This document shows positions 1-10,061 of a stretch of DNA of 64,000 nucleotides, piece by piece (position 1 is the stretch's first letter; every line of letters starts with the position of its first letter). A program made the position numbers and the translations under genes. This DNA is from Candidatus Kapaibacterium sp. GTDB lineage: Bacteria; Bacteroidota; Ignavibacteria; Kapaibacteriales; UBA2268. The notes under the pieces are model-generated. The model was not told the origin of the DNA, made no database searches, and worked only from the letters and a program-made list of their open reading frames with translations. Location: positions 3,904,001 through 3,968,000 of the forward strand of contig OY762428.1 of the NCBI GenBank assembly GCA_963665665.1, read 5' to 3'.

Positions 1-260
1 CATGCATCCATCTGTTCTTCATCAACTTGCTTGTAATCCTCGATAAAAATTGCAAGTATCTTCATTTCGTGAACAGGTGATTTCCATAATTCAGAAGCGA
101 GCTGATGATTTCTGCCAATATCTTTTGCCATTTGCCTGAGAACCGGGATCTTAATACCGAGTGCATGTTCTGACCTGATACCAAAGCGAGCCATACCGGC
201 AATATTTTTTTCATTTTTCAGCGGTTTTAGGTTTTCCAATATTTCATTGGATGTCAGCAT
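1..260 (-). CDS. DNA alkylation repair protein (AlkD-like), 3' end beyond window edge
   Basis: Manual translation from ATG at 258-260, which overlaps the holA stop as TAATG: MLTSNEILENLKPLKNEKNIAGMARFGIRSEHALGIKIPVLRQMAKEIGRNHQLASELW..., typical of the family N-terminus. Confidence 0.75.
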   Translation of the reverse strand, partial: MLTSNEILENLKPLKNEKNIAGMARFGIRSEHALGIKIPVLRQMAKDIGRNHQLASELWKSPVHEMKILAIFIEDYKQVDEEQMDA

Positions 261-1339
261 TATTTACCCTCGATAATTTTTAATATCATTTCCTGGAAAA
301 TGAGCACGACACTGGGATTTGTGGTTTTAAATTTATTTTCAGCTTCTTCTATTGCAATTAAAGCGTTTTCTATTTCGCCGGGAGAATAATTTCTGAGGAC
401 AGAGGTAAAATCCTTAAGGAAGAAATACGGAACGCCCACAGCTCTGGCAAGTTGGTATTGATTTTGTATAGTTGCCATTGCTTCGGGTAATTTAAACAGA
501 GTCAGGAAATAATTATAAAGAACAGATATAATTATCATTTCGCTGTCAATTGTTATCATCAGGGATTCAAGAATTTTCAATGCTTCGGCAAGATCTTTTT
601 TTCCGATAGCATTCCTGAGGTCGAAAGCATTGAATTCCCTGGAGGCACCGGCAACAAACTTAATATCTTCAACATTAACAATATCTCTGTCCTGAACATA
701 CATCAATATTTTTTCTATTTCATTTTTCAGGTTAAACAGGCTGTTTCCGGTTTGTGCCATAAGATTCGATGCAGCTTCAATATTTGTATTTTTCCCTGCC
801 ATACGAAATCTGGATATTATCCATTCAGGAATTTTATCATCCCAAAGTTTGGGGAATTCAATCCATTCTGCAAGTTGGATTATTTCATTGAACGGATATT
901 TAGCAGCATCAATTTTTTTTTCCGCTTCCGACCTTTTTGCATTGTTGGAGTATAGGCGGGCCAGCCCTTTCAATTTCGGCAAATCGGCTGTCATTATCAG
1001 GTATGTTGATTTTTCAGGTGATTTCAGGTATTTCAGGAATCCGGCAGCTTCCTTTTCTGATTTTTTTGATTTTCTGCCAGTGAATAATTTGTCCAAATGT
1101 TTTGCCAGAACAACACGATTTTCACTCATAAAAGGATATGCCTGGCATTTATCTGTCAGGGTCATAATGTCAATTTCATTGCAGTCAACAGAGTCGAAAT
1201 TATATTCGGCCATTTCATTCGGTAATGTTGTTGTAACCGCTTTTCCGACTGCCTCTTCAATCAGGAAGCTTTCCTCTCCAAATATCAGAATTGTGTGAGG
1301 GAAGTTGTTTTTTTCAATATTATTCAGAGTATCGAGCAT
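260..1339 (-). CDS. holA: DNA polymerase III subunit delta
   Basis: LIFGEESFLIEE, YPFMSENRVV, LKNEIEKI and FNAFDL motifs; 359 aa. Confidence 0.92.
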   Translation of the reverse strand: MLDTLNNIEKNNFPHTILIFGEESFLIEEAVGKAVTTTLPNEMAEYNFDSVDCNEIDIMTLTDKCQAYPFMSENRVVLAKHLDKLFTGRKSKKSEKEAAGFLKYLKSPEKSTYLIMTADLPKLKGLARLYSNNAKRSEAEKKIDAAKYPFNEIIQLAEWIEFPKLWDDKIPEWIISRFRMAGKNTNIEAASNLMAQTGNSLFNLKNEIEKILMYVQDRDIVNVEDIKFVAGASREFNAFDLRNAIGKKDLAEALKILESLMITIDSEMIIISVLYNYFLTLFKLPEAMATIQNQYQLARAVGVPYFFLKDFTSVLRNYSPGEIENALIAIEEAENKFKTTNPSVVLIFQEMILKIIEGK

Positions 1340-1345
1340 ATAAAT

Positions 1346-1741
1346 TTATTTTGCCTGCAATAAAGTATTAAGTATTTTTTGAATTTTCTCAAGAATAATA
1401 TCAGAATCTGATGATTTGAGAATATAGTCCATTATTCCAAGTCCTGATAGCTTTATGATCAAAGCCGGATCGCTCATGGCTGAACAGGCTACAACAGGAA
1501 CCTTTCTGGTTGACTTGTGGCTTCGAAGTATTTCCAGGGCTGTCAGGCCATCCATCAAAGGCATTTGCATATCCAGCATAATCAGGTCAGGAAGAGAATC
1601 TTTAATAGCATCAAACATCTGTTTGGGATTGTTAACTGAGTCAACATGACAATTGAATTTCTTCCTGATCAAAGTAGCAAAAAACTTTCTGTAAGTTTCT
1701 TCATCATCACATATCAATATTTTTAATCCTGAAAAATCCAT
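1346..1741 (-). CDS. Single-domain response regulator (CheY-like receiver)
   Basis: ILICDDE, LIMLDMQMPLMDG (phospho-Asp), DYILK. Confidence 0.92.
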   Translation of the reverse strand: MDFSGLKILICDDEETYRKFFATLIRKKFNCHVDSVNNPKQMFDAIKDSLPDLIMLDMQMPLMDGLTALEILRSHKSTRKVPVVACSAMSDPALIIKLSGLGIMDYILKSSDSDIILEKIQKILNTLLQAK

Positions 1742-1754
1742 TATTTACCTGAGA

Positions 1755-2693
1755 CTATTTTACAACTAAAATTTTATGAGGAATTTGCCCTGCTTCAGCA
1801 AATTTCAGAAGCATCTTTTTCATACTTCCGCTGATTTCCTCACCCTTTGCAGCAATCAGCATACCAAATGAAGTATAATAATCCTCAGCGAAAACCATCC
1901 CGCTGTCAACTTTATTTACCGGAACTCTCATCAGGTTCTTCCTTCCGAGATTTAATCTTTCGTAGTACATTATATGTGTAAAAGAATCAACTATTTTCTG
2001 GTTGAAAAGTATTTTTTTCTTTGAATGAATGTAATTCATCACTGAAGCATATTTTTTTTCGTTTGCTTCTACCATATTACCCTTGCTGTTTAGCTTAATA
2101 CTTGGAGTAGGGGTTAAAGTTTTATCACGTTTAATATGATGCATAGAACTATGATAGTAATCAACAACTGAAATTATCTGTGCCATCGGATGAATTTTAT
2201 CTTCTTTTAGGTGATTTGGGAAGCCTGAGCCATCCTGTTTCTCGTGATGCTGATAGACTACTTCGGCAATATCAGCAAACCCTTCGTGCTTCCTGAGAAT
2301 TTCACGGCCCAGGCGGCAATGTTTTGTGTAAAGGTCATAATCCCTGGGATTCATTGCCTGGTGATGCTTGGATAAAAGAAGGTCGCTGAAACCCAACTTG
2401 CCTATATCATGAAGAAGCCCTGCCGTGTGAATTGTAAATACATCCACTTCATTCATGCCCAGATCTTTTGCCACAGCCGCAGATTTATCAGCTACAAACC
2501 TTGAATGGCTACCCTCATAATATCGTTCAAGCAAAATCACAACAGCTCCGAGCAGATCAATTGTTTGTGAAAAATGCTCTGCCATACGTCCGGCAATATC
2601 ATCAACAAGAGCTTCAAGTTTACGGTTCTGCTCAGCTATTTCTGCACTTCCAGCCAGTGGATTAGTTTTTATTTTTTTGGTCTTGTCTTCCAT
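1755..2693 (-). CDS. HD-GYP family phosphohydrolase, partly degenerate
   Basis: GHS-like GSHS, LLHDIGK, QHHEKQDGSGFP. Confidence 0.85.
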   Translation of the reverse strand: MEDKTKKIKTNPLAGSAEIAEQNRKLEALVDDIAGRMAEHFSQTIDLLGAVVILLERYYEGSHSRFVADKSAAVAKDLGMNEVDVFTIHTAGLLHDIGKLGFSDLLLSKHHQAMNPRDYDLYTKHCRLGREILRKHEGFADIAEVVYQHHEKQDGSGFPNHLKEDKIHPMAQIISVVDYYHSSMHHIKRDKTLTPTPSIKLNSKGNMVEANEKKYASVMNYIHSKKKILFNQKIVDSFTHIMYYERLNLGRKNLMRVPVNKVDSGMVFAEDYYTSFGMLIAAKGEEISGSMKKMLLKFAEAGQIPHKILVVK

Positions 2694-2910
2694 TCATGCT
2701 CGCCTGATTTACAAATTATTCACAAGGATATAAACGTGAAATAAATTAAATAAAATTTTTAATATATCACAATGATTATGTTCTTTATTTGATTTTCTTT
2801 GTGAGAAAATCTGAACCTATTGGATACAATGTATCAAAATGATGTTTCGTGTGTAATTATAGTACGGCTGTCAGTAAAGGGAATATATTCTATAAAAGTC
2901 GGGAATCGAA

Positions 2911-5160
2911 ATGAAAAACATAATAATACTTCTTCTGATTTTTGCTTCTGCAGAGCTATTGGCGCAAAAAGATACGGAATTCTGGTTTGCAGCGCCTGAA
3001 ATTACAGGCGGGCACGGCGACGACCCGATTTATCTTACTGTTATGACTTTCGATGAAGATGCTGAAGTTGAAATCGATTTTCCGGCTAACAATGTGTTCA
3101 ATCCACTTAAATTTAATATTGCTAAGAATTCTTCCAGATCGATTAATATGACTTCTTATAAAAATTTTCTTGAACACAATGCAAATGACGCCGTTATGAA
3201 CAACGGGCTGCATATTACTTCCGATAACGACATTTCCTGCTATTACGAAGTAAACGGTGTAAATTTTTTCAGAGTTGTAATTAATTCGGATATTTTCTCT
3301 CTGAAAGGACGTAATGCCCTTGGACTGGATTTTATAATTCCGGGGCAGAGTGTATTCAGCAACAGCCTTGATTATAGTCCGGTTCCAAGAAACCGGGTAA
3401 TAATTGTTGCAACCGAAAACAACACCACTGTAGAACTTTTACCGTCAGCCGATTGCATGGGGCATAGTGCAGGTGTGAAATTTACTGTTGTTTTGCAAAA
3501 AGGCCAGACCTATTCGCTGAATGCTAAGAACAGCCAGGCCGGCCAGCACCTTGACGGGACAATTATCAGCAGCGACAAACCAATAGCAATTACAGTATCT
3601 GACGATTCAATTTACAGTTCATCACATCCCTGCAAAGATATGACCGGCGACCAGATAATACCTGTAAGTAAGGCTGGTAATAAATTTATTGCTATCCGTG
3701 GGGATCTCGACGGAGATATGGAACAGATATGTATTACAGCTACCGAAGATGATACTGAAATATATATTGGCGGCAATACTGTTCCTTACGATACAATTCA
3801 AAAGGCAGAAACTATTTGTATGACTTATGGAAGCAAAGCGCTTTTGATAGAAACAAGTAAGCCGGCCCTGACCTGGCAGATTACCGGCCATTCCTGCGAG
3901 ATGGGTGCTTCTCTACTTCCGCCGCTTGGGTGTACAGGTTCGCAAAGGGTGGTTGTAAACCGCCGGGATGCTGATTATTTTGCCGTAGCGATACTTACAG
4001 AGAACGGAAACCAAAATAATTTTACTCATAGCGGAATGCCAGGACTAATTGATGCCAATGATTTTCATGAAGTTGACGGCAGCAACGGGCAGTGGCTTTA
4101 CGCCCTGATTGATCTTTCCAATGGGATTTCAAAGAATAGCGAGTTTTCTGTTTCGAACAAGTCAGGATTGTTTCATTTGGGCGTGATAGCCGGTGAAGCT
4201 AACGACGCAACAAAATATGGCTATTTTTCAAATTTTGCAGCTATCGATGTCAATATTAGTACTAATGCTCCCGTTTGCGAGGGCGATACACTTGTTTTAG
4301 AAGCTGATGAACACGAGAATGCTTCTTATAAATGGACAGCTCCGAACGGTGATATATTTTCCGGAAATATCATAGCCATACCCAATGTTGATCTTGAATA
4401 TGAAGGTGTTTTCAGCCTTACTGTCAGCCTGGATGATTACCCGGAATGCGAATTTGACTATATCAGGAACATCGAACTTTACCCCACATTGAAATATAAA
4501 ATTTCCTCCGGCGATACATTGATTGCTCCGTCGCAGGCTGTTTCAGGCCATGTTTTTAAATTTTACAGCGATAGTTCGGATATTCCTTTCAAACTGGATA
4601 AGGTCAGCTTTAATATTGAGTATGATGCCGAATCATTTTTTCTTGAAAGCAGCGAGCCTGGCTTTAATAACTTTTATTATCAGAACGGCAAAGTAGTTCT
4701 GAACTATTCATGGAATGATTTTGTTATTGATGATACTGTTATTGATTTCCTGAGGCTTAACGGAAAGGTTATGCTTGGCGGTACAAAAAATCTGAAATTC
4801 GAGATTTCTGATTTTAATAAAGAAGCTGAAGGATGTGTATTTATAAATATTGAGCCCGGACAAATTATTAAGGATGTATGCTTTTACGATGGACGCCAGG
4901 TAATTATTTTCGATGAGCAGTATGTAAATATTTTCCCCAATCCTGTAAATGAAGAGATAAATTTGAAATTTAACTCCGGCCATGAAGATATTGAAATTGA
5001 ATTATGCAATACTTTAGGTGATGTGATATACAAATCCTTCGCTGAAAAAAATATTGAGAATATAATGATACCAGTTGATGAATTTAGCTCGGGTGTATAT
5101 TATATAAGGGTGCATAGCCCGACTTTCTATCATTGCAGAAAAATTGTTATTGTAAGATAG
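2911..5160 (+). CDS. Secreted IgGFc-binding-domain protein with T9SS type A C-terminal sorting domain
   Basis: Signal peptide, TEFWFAAPE, IIVATENNTTV, ISSDKPIAIT; C-terminal IFPNPV...SGVYYIRV...KIVIVR. Confidence 0.8.
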   Translation: MKNIIILLLIFASAELLAQKDTEFWFAAPEITGGHGDDPIYLTVMTFDEDAEVEIDFPANNVFNPLKFNIAKNSSRSINMTSYKNFLEHNANDAVMNNGLHITSDNDISCYYEVNGVNFFRVVINSDIFSLKGRNALGLDFIIPGQSVFSNSLDYSPVPRNRVIIVATENNTTVELLPSADCMGHSAGVKFTVVLQKGQTYSLNAKNSQAGQHLDGTIISSDKPIAITVSDDSIYSSSHPCKDMTGDQIIPVSKAGNKFIAIRGDLDGDMEQICITATEDDTEIYIGGNTVPYDTIQKAETICMTYGSKALLIETSKPALTWQITGHSCEMGASLLPPLGCTGSQRVVVNRRDADYFAVAILTENGNQNNFTHSGMPGLIDANDFHEVDGSNGQWLYALIDLSNGISKNSEFSVSNKSGLFHLGVIAGEANDATKYGYFSNFAAIDVNISTNAPVCEGDTLVLEADEHENASYKWTAPNGDIFSGNIIAIPNVDLEYEGVFSLTVSLDDYPECEFDYIRNIELYPTLKYKISSGDTLIAPSQAVSGHVFKFYSDSSDIPFKLDKVSFNIEYDAESFFLESSEPGFNNFYYQNGKVVLNYSWNDFVIDDTVIDFLRLNGKVMLGGTKNLKFEISDFNKEAEGCVFINIEPGQIIKDVCFYDGRQVIIFDEQYVNIFPNPVNEEINLKFNSGHEDIEIELCNTLGDVIYKSFAEKNIENIMIPVDEFSSGVYYIRVHSPTFYHCRKIVIVR

Positions 5161-5281
5161 ATTTCAATATTTTGATCTATAACAAATTCAAATCAATTAT
5201 TCCGAAAATCATACTAACCAGCGAATGGACTGAAAAATATATTGTTTATTTGAAATATGGATTTTTTTGCAGTTATAGTTA

Positions 5282-6220
5282 TTAATATAAAGGCCGCACA
5301 GGGATCTTTGATAATACAGAAGCCCTTTCGTATTCTACAAGGATTTCCTGTTTCATCACTTCAATAACGCTGTCGGGGGAGAGGATGTCGTTTTCACGGC
5401 TTATGGAACTAATTACCTCGTTGGCAAGGTAAAGTTGGGGCTGCATTACTTCCATCGACCATTTCTTGTAATCACTTTCCATCGAGAACCATTCGGCAAG
5501 AGCTACAATTGCTGTAAGCAGCTGCATTGTGTCTCCGTCTGTTTTATCTTTTTCGTTGTCAGATTCGGCATTTGCAACATCAACATAACTGTCGTGATGA
5601 TGAAGAATTGCCTGGCAAATATTTTCCGGGAGGTTCCACTTGCTTGCAAGCCAATGGCCTATCTCGCCGTGAGTACAGTTCAGTATTTTTAGTTCCGCTT
5701 CCTTCAGCGGGATACCTGTTTGTTTTTGCATTTCGGTAATTCTGACAAATTTATCAGTGAAATAACCGATAAGTATCAAAATACCAATATCATGCATCAG
5801 CCCCGATACAAATGCTTCGCCAGCCAGCCTGTAGCCAAGTTTTCTGGCAAGCACCCTGGAAGCGGCACCCGAATAAATAGAATACTGCCAGAATGAATTA
5901 ATGTCGAAAATATCCTTTCTTACTTTCGAAAAAAGCCTCTGGACTATCAGGCTAAGAACAATTTCTTTTATTGCTTCAAGGCCGAGCACAACAACAGCAA
6001 GATCGATTGTTGATATTCTCCGGACAAAGCCATAAAACGGAGAGTTAGCAACTTTCAGAACCCTTGCGGTAAGTGTCTGGTCACGCTCAATAAGTTCTGC
6101 AAGGCTTCCGGCGCTTGCATCAGGATTTTCCAATGAATTAAGAACTTCAGAAATAATATAGGGTATTGTGGGTAATTCCCTGACAGATTCTAATTTTCTG
6201 AGAACGGATCTGTCAAGCAT
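5282..6220 (-). CDS. HDOD domain signalling protein
   Basis: LPTIP, IERDQTLTARVLKVANSPFYG, GLMHDIG, LASKWNLP. Confidence 0.93.
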   Translation of the reverse strand: MLDRSVLRKLESVRELPTIPYIISEVLNSLENPDASAGSLAELIERDQTLTARVLKVANSPFYGFVRRISTIDLAVVVLGLEAIKEIVLSLIVQRLFSKVRKDIFDINSFWQYSIYSGAASRVLARKLGYRLAGEAFVSGLMHDIGILILIGYFTDKFVRITEMQKQTGIPLKEAELKILNCTHGEIGHWLASKWNLPENICQAILHHHDSYVDVANAESDNEKDKTDGDTMQLLTAIVALAEWFSMESDYKKWSMEVMQPQLYLANEVISSISRENDILSPDSVIEVMKQEILVEYERASVLSKIPVRPLY

Positions 6221-6992
6221 TATCGAACTCGTTAAGTTTTTTTCTCAGGTCTTTGATCACCTGTGTATGTATCTGGCAAATTCTGCTTTCGGATACATTT
6301 AGTACCGAACCGATTTCCTTGAATGTCAGGCTTTCATAATAATAAAGCATCATAACCATTTTTTTCTTGTGGGGAAGGATTTCAAGGAAAGAAGTGATAT
6401 AGTCAACCCTTTCTTCATTTTCCATAACCGTCAGGAAGGATTCCTGGTCAATATCCGGCAATTCATCCAGGGTATCGCGTTCTTCTTCGTCGCTGTTCTT
6501 TTGTGTTTGAGTATCGTAAAGGGATATCGATGCCCGTGCGGCAGCCGCAGCGGAAAGGTAAGTCTGGTATTGTTCCGGGGTAACATCAAGCTTTTCCATT
6601 ATTTCATAGGATGAAGCTTCCCGCCCCTGTTGGCTTCTTAATTGGTCTGTTGCATGAAGATAATCCTGTGCTTTCTTTCTGGCAGTGCGGGAAAGCCAGT
6701 CCAGTCTTCTGAGTTCATCCTGTATAGTTCCCCTTATACGTGGAATAGCATAGGACTCGAATTTGACGCCTCTTTCAGGGTCGAATCTAAGGATTGCTTC
6801 GTGAAGGCCAAGAATACCAATATTCAGGAAATCCTCGTCGGTTAAAATTGAATTAGTTGGTAGATTCATCTGATTCAGGACATACTTAACCAGCCAGATA
6901 TAATTTATTAATATCTTGTGTTTAGTATCAATTGATTGTGTTTCTTTAAATTCCTGCCAAAGATCCAGAATTTCTGTTTTTACTGCCTGCAT
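6213..6992 (-). CDS. fliA: RNA polymerase sigma-28 factor (FliA/WhiG family)
   Basis: RFDPERGVKFESYAIPRIRGTIQDELRRLDW; LYYYESLTFKEIGSVLNVSESRICQIH; lies downstream of flhF/flhG. Confidence 0.95.
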   Translation of the reverse strand: MQAVKTEILDLWQEFKETQSIDTKHKILINYIWLVKYVLNQMNLPTNSILTDEDFLNIGILGLHEAILRFDPERGVKFESYAIPRIRGTIQDELRRLDWLSRTARKKAQDYLHATDQLRSQQGREASSYEIMEKLDVTPEQYQTYLSAAAAARASISLYDTQTQKNSDEEERDTLDELPDIDQESFLTVMENEERVDYITSFLEILPHKKKMVMMLYYYESLTFKEIGSVLNVSESRICQIHTQVIKDLRKKLNEFDNA

Positions 6993-7125
6993 ACATCCGC
7001 CCGGTAAATTATCTTATGGTAAATGACGATGATATTCTAATTATTATTTTTCATTACCTTCGAAACCCGTCACATCTAAATAAAATGAAAATGCTCCATT
7101 TATGCAAGAAAAAAATTAATTTTTA

Positions 7126-7896
7126 TTAAGCCGGTGGTGCCGGGATGTCAAATTCATCCTCTTTCGGCGGAGCCGGGGCCTGGGGAGCCATCGGTTCCAT
7201 CGGCATATCCGGGATTTCCGGTATCTCCGGTAGTTCAGGTATTTCCGGAGCTTTTTCCAACTCCATGCCTTCGGTGTCGGTTTCTAACTCTTCCTGAACA
7301 AAATTATTAAGGAATTCGCTGTCTGGTATAGGAGTTTTATCTTCATCGTCGAAGTCAGGCAGGCCAGCATCGGCCAGTCCTTCGTCTATTGAAGAATCCA
7401 TAACATCGGCAGAATCATCGAAATCTGATTCGCTTTGGGTTTTTCTTTTTCTTTCCTGAATTACCTGTTCAAGTTTCGCGTATTCCTCTTCTTTTTTCTT
7501 CATTTCTTCAATTCTTTTCTCTTCTTCTTCTTTTTCCAACTGTTCCTTGACTTTAATGCGGTCTTCACTAATAATATAGAAGATTGTTACCATAATTATT
7601 CCTCCGCCGAGGTATATCATAGTAAATGTAAGGAATGAAATAAGCACAGATTCGTGAACAGCTTTGTCACTTCCGAAGTACAAAATTATAAATACCAGGC
7701 AACTAATAAGAAGTGATACCTGTGTCAGGAGCTTAAAAGGAAAGTTTATTACATTATTAATTTTCTTTTCTTCTTTGGCGATTCTTTTTTTCTTTCTTTT
7801 AGATTTCAGTTTTTGTTGTTTCGCCTCGAATTTTGCCTGTTTTTTTCTTTCCTTTTCCTGAATTTCTTCAGCTTTTGTTTTTTTCTTTTTAGCCAT
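7126..7896 (-). CDS. Hypothetical two-TM membrane protein with Lys-rich N-terminus and acidic Pro-rich tail
   Basis: 256-aa ORF co-oriented between flhG and fliA; two hydrophobic segments; PEIPELPEIPEIP repeats. Confidence 0.75.
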   Translation of the reverse strand: MAKKKKTKAEEIQEKERKKQAKFEAKQQKLKSKRKKKRIAKEEKKINNVINFPFKLLTQVSLLISCLVFIILYFGSDKAVHESVLISFLTFTMIYLGGGIIMVTIFYIISEDRIKVKEQLEKEEEEKRIEEMKKKEEEYAKLEQVIQERKRKTQSESDFDDSADVMDSSIDEGLADAGLPDFDDEDKTPIPDSEFLNNFVQEELETDTEGMELEKAPEIPELPEIPEIPDMPMEPMAPQAPAPPKEDEFDIPAPPA

Positions 7897-7921
7897 ATTT
7901 CAAAACCAGATCGTTCTTTTT

Positions 7922-8692
7922 TTAATAACCTGCTGTTACTGTTCTAACTTCATTAGCAATTTTTAAAGCAATTTTCCTTACAGCTTCCGATACTTCATCA
8001 TTCGGATCGGATTCGCAGAATAGTTTTTGATATAATATTGATTGCCTGACGATTCTTCCGTATGGGACAAATCCTTGAAAATCAAGTTTCAGCCCCAGAA
8101 ATTTTTCCGTGGCAAGGTTCAGTTTTTCATTTATTTCATTTGCATCCTCATTATCGATTACGTTATTTACCAGCAATCTGATATTATCGGTATTTATCAT
8201 TTGAATAATTACTTTAGTCAGTCCGTAAGCGTCCAGCAAAGATGTTGGTTCATCGGTTATAACAATATTTACCTGGTCGGCTATCTGGCACAAAGTGATA
8301 ATATTATCCGATGCTCCCGCCGGAGTATCAATAATTATGAAGTTAAAATCAGAGTTGTCGATAAGCTGGTTCCTGGTTGAAATAAGTTCAGTAGGCCCCG
8401 TGATAATTTCGTTTCCTGTTGCCGGAAGGTCGGCAAGAAGATAGAGGTTAGGTTTTACTTTGAATACTGCCGTATCTACATCAATATTACCATTGTAAAC
8501 ATCCCTGAGCCTGACCGGTGGTTCAACCCCAAGCAATAAATGCTGATTCGGAAAATACATATCGCCGTCCCAGATAAGAGTTTTACCCGAGTTTGCCAGT
8601 TCGGAAGCAATATTAGCTGCCAGTACACTTTTGCCTACCCCGCCTTTTCCACTACAAATAGAAATAATATATGGTTTGTTTCTTTCGTTCAT
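7922..8692 (-). CDS. flhG: MinD/ParA-family flagellar number regulator FlhG (FleN)
   Basis: SGKGGVGKS deviant Walker A, IDTPAG, EPTSLLDAYGLTK; overlaps flhF stop. Confidence 0.88.
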   Translation of the reverse strand: MNERNKPYIISICSGKGGVGKSVLAANIASELANSGKTLIWDGDMYFPNQHLLLGVEPPVRLRDVYNGNIDVDTAVFKVKPNLYLLADLPATGNEIITGPTELISTRNQLIDNSDFNFIIIDTPAGASDNIITLCQIADQVNIVITDEPTSLLDAYGLTKVIIQMINTDNIRLLVNNVIDNEDANEINEKLNLATEKFLGLKLDFQGFVPYGRIVRQSILYQKLFCESDPNDEVSEAVRKIALKIANEVRTVTAGY

Positions 8693-9870
8693 TCTGCCTC
8701 GCCAGCAATATGAGCAAATTTTTTAGTAAAAGATTTTTTAAATTTTTCTTCGAAAATATGATTTTTAAGATAATCTAATTCTGCCGGGAATATATCATCC
8801 GGGATTTGTTGTCCGGCGCTAATATAAGATATTGGGTAATTTACTTTTTTCATTGCTTCTATTACAATTCCGGGTTCGTATGTTTCATCCATTTTAGTCA
8901 GGATAATTGAACTGATACCAAGTTCAGAAAAATCTTCAATTGAGCGGGTAATATTCTGTTGGCTGTTAACAGCGCTGCAAAGATAAAAAGTAATATCTGG
9001 TTTAGCTGCATCGATATAGGGGAGAAGCCCGCTAATTTGTCTTTGATTTCTTGGATTGCGCCCAACAGTATCTAAGAATATGAAATCACGTTTTTTTTCC
9101 CGATTGAGGATTGTGCTGATCTCATCGGGAGTATAGGCCGATTCGAAAGGAATGCCTGCAATAGTAGAATATATCTGAAGCTGATCGCTTCCGCCTACTT
9201 TGTGTGTATCTGCACTGATAAGGAAGGTATCTGCTCCCATTGCCAGTTTGGCAACAACTGCAAGTTTAATCAAAGTAAGGGTTTTTCCGCTGCCCGTTGG
9301 GCCGGTGAAGCACAATACCTGCCTTTTTTCTTCTTTTTGAAACGGAGGTACAATATCAATTTTTTCTGTTAGAATATCTGTTGCTGAAGACAGAAATTCA
9401 TCAGGAGTAGTAATATTTCTTTCAGTTAACTTACCGATAACTGTCATTGCAGTGCTTTCGGAAAAGCCTGTATCTCTAAGTTCTTTATATAATATTTCGC
9501 CGGCTTTATTCTGCTTTCCGGTGAATTTATATCTCATACTGTCGGAGATATTTTCAATTTTCTGGTTAATATTGTTTATCTCGCTTAGAATTTTAGCCGT
9601 TAAATCGAAATCCTGCGCTGATTCTGCCCTTGGATATTTAATTTTTGGCGTTTCGTTGCCTGCTATTGACTGTTTTTGGGTAATTGGCTTTTTTTCCTGT
9701 TTGGATTTGTTCGGAGCCTGGTCCATAGCTGCAACAATTTCGTATTTAGTGATCCCGTCTTTGTCGGTAAATGTACGGTTTGACAAGATTATAGCATCGC
9801 TGCCAAGGTCTTCGATTATAAGTGTCTTGCCTTCTTTCAGAGTAGATGCAATATATTTTTTTATTTTCAT
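8689..9870 (-). CDS. flhF: Flagellar biosynthesis SRP-family GTPase FlhF
   Basis: MKIKKYIA...DLGSDAIILS N-terminus, GPTGSGKT, DTVGR, TKMDE, GQQIPDDI. Confidence 0.93.
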   Translation of the reverse strand: MKIKKYIASTLKEGKTLIIEDLGSDAIILSNRTFTDKDGITKYEIVAAMDQAPNKSKQEKKPITQKQSIAGNETPKIKYPRAESAQDFDLTAKILSEINNINQKIENISDSMRYKFTGKQNKAGEILYKELRDTGFSESTAMTVIGKLTERNITTPDEFLSSATDILTEKIDIVPPFQKEEKRQVLCFTGPTGSGKTLTLIKLAVVAKLAMGADTFLISADTHKVGGSDQLQIYSTIAGIPFESAYTPDEISTILNREKKRDFIFLDTVGRNPRNQRQISGLLPYIDAAKPDITFYLCSAVNSQQNITRSIEDFSELGISSIILTKMDETYEPGIVIEAMKKVNYPISYISAGQQIPDDIFPAELDYLKNHIFEEKFKKSFTKKFAHIAGEAE

Positions 9871-10017
9871 ATACTATCCGACAAACCAGTAATACCTGAA
9901 TAAACAAACCTAATTATCAGGTGATAATCAAGGAAAAATTATGCCAAGAATATACAGATGTTTTTTATCAATTCGAAGAGTTGATATAATATTATTTATG
10001 ATTCCTGGTGGGATATC

Positions 10018-10048
10018 TATGGCCGGTGATTTGTTATCAACGGCCATA
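10018..10048 (-). terminator. Hairpin immediately downstream of the decarboxylase gene
   Basis: TATGGCCGGTGAT-ttgtt-ATCAACGGCCATA inverted repeat; no strong U-tract. Confidence 0.45.
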
Positions 10049-10061
10049 TTACTATTGAAAT

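Noticed and set aside
9930-9948. Sigma-54 promoter upstream of flhF (TTGGCATAATTTTTCC on the minus strand)
   Set aside because: It has GG-N10-CC instead of the near-invariant GG-N10-GC; suggestive but not supportable.
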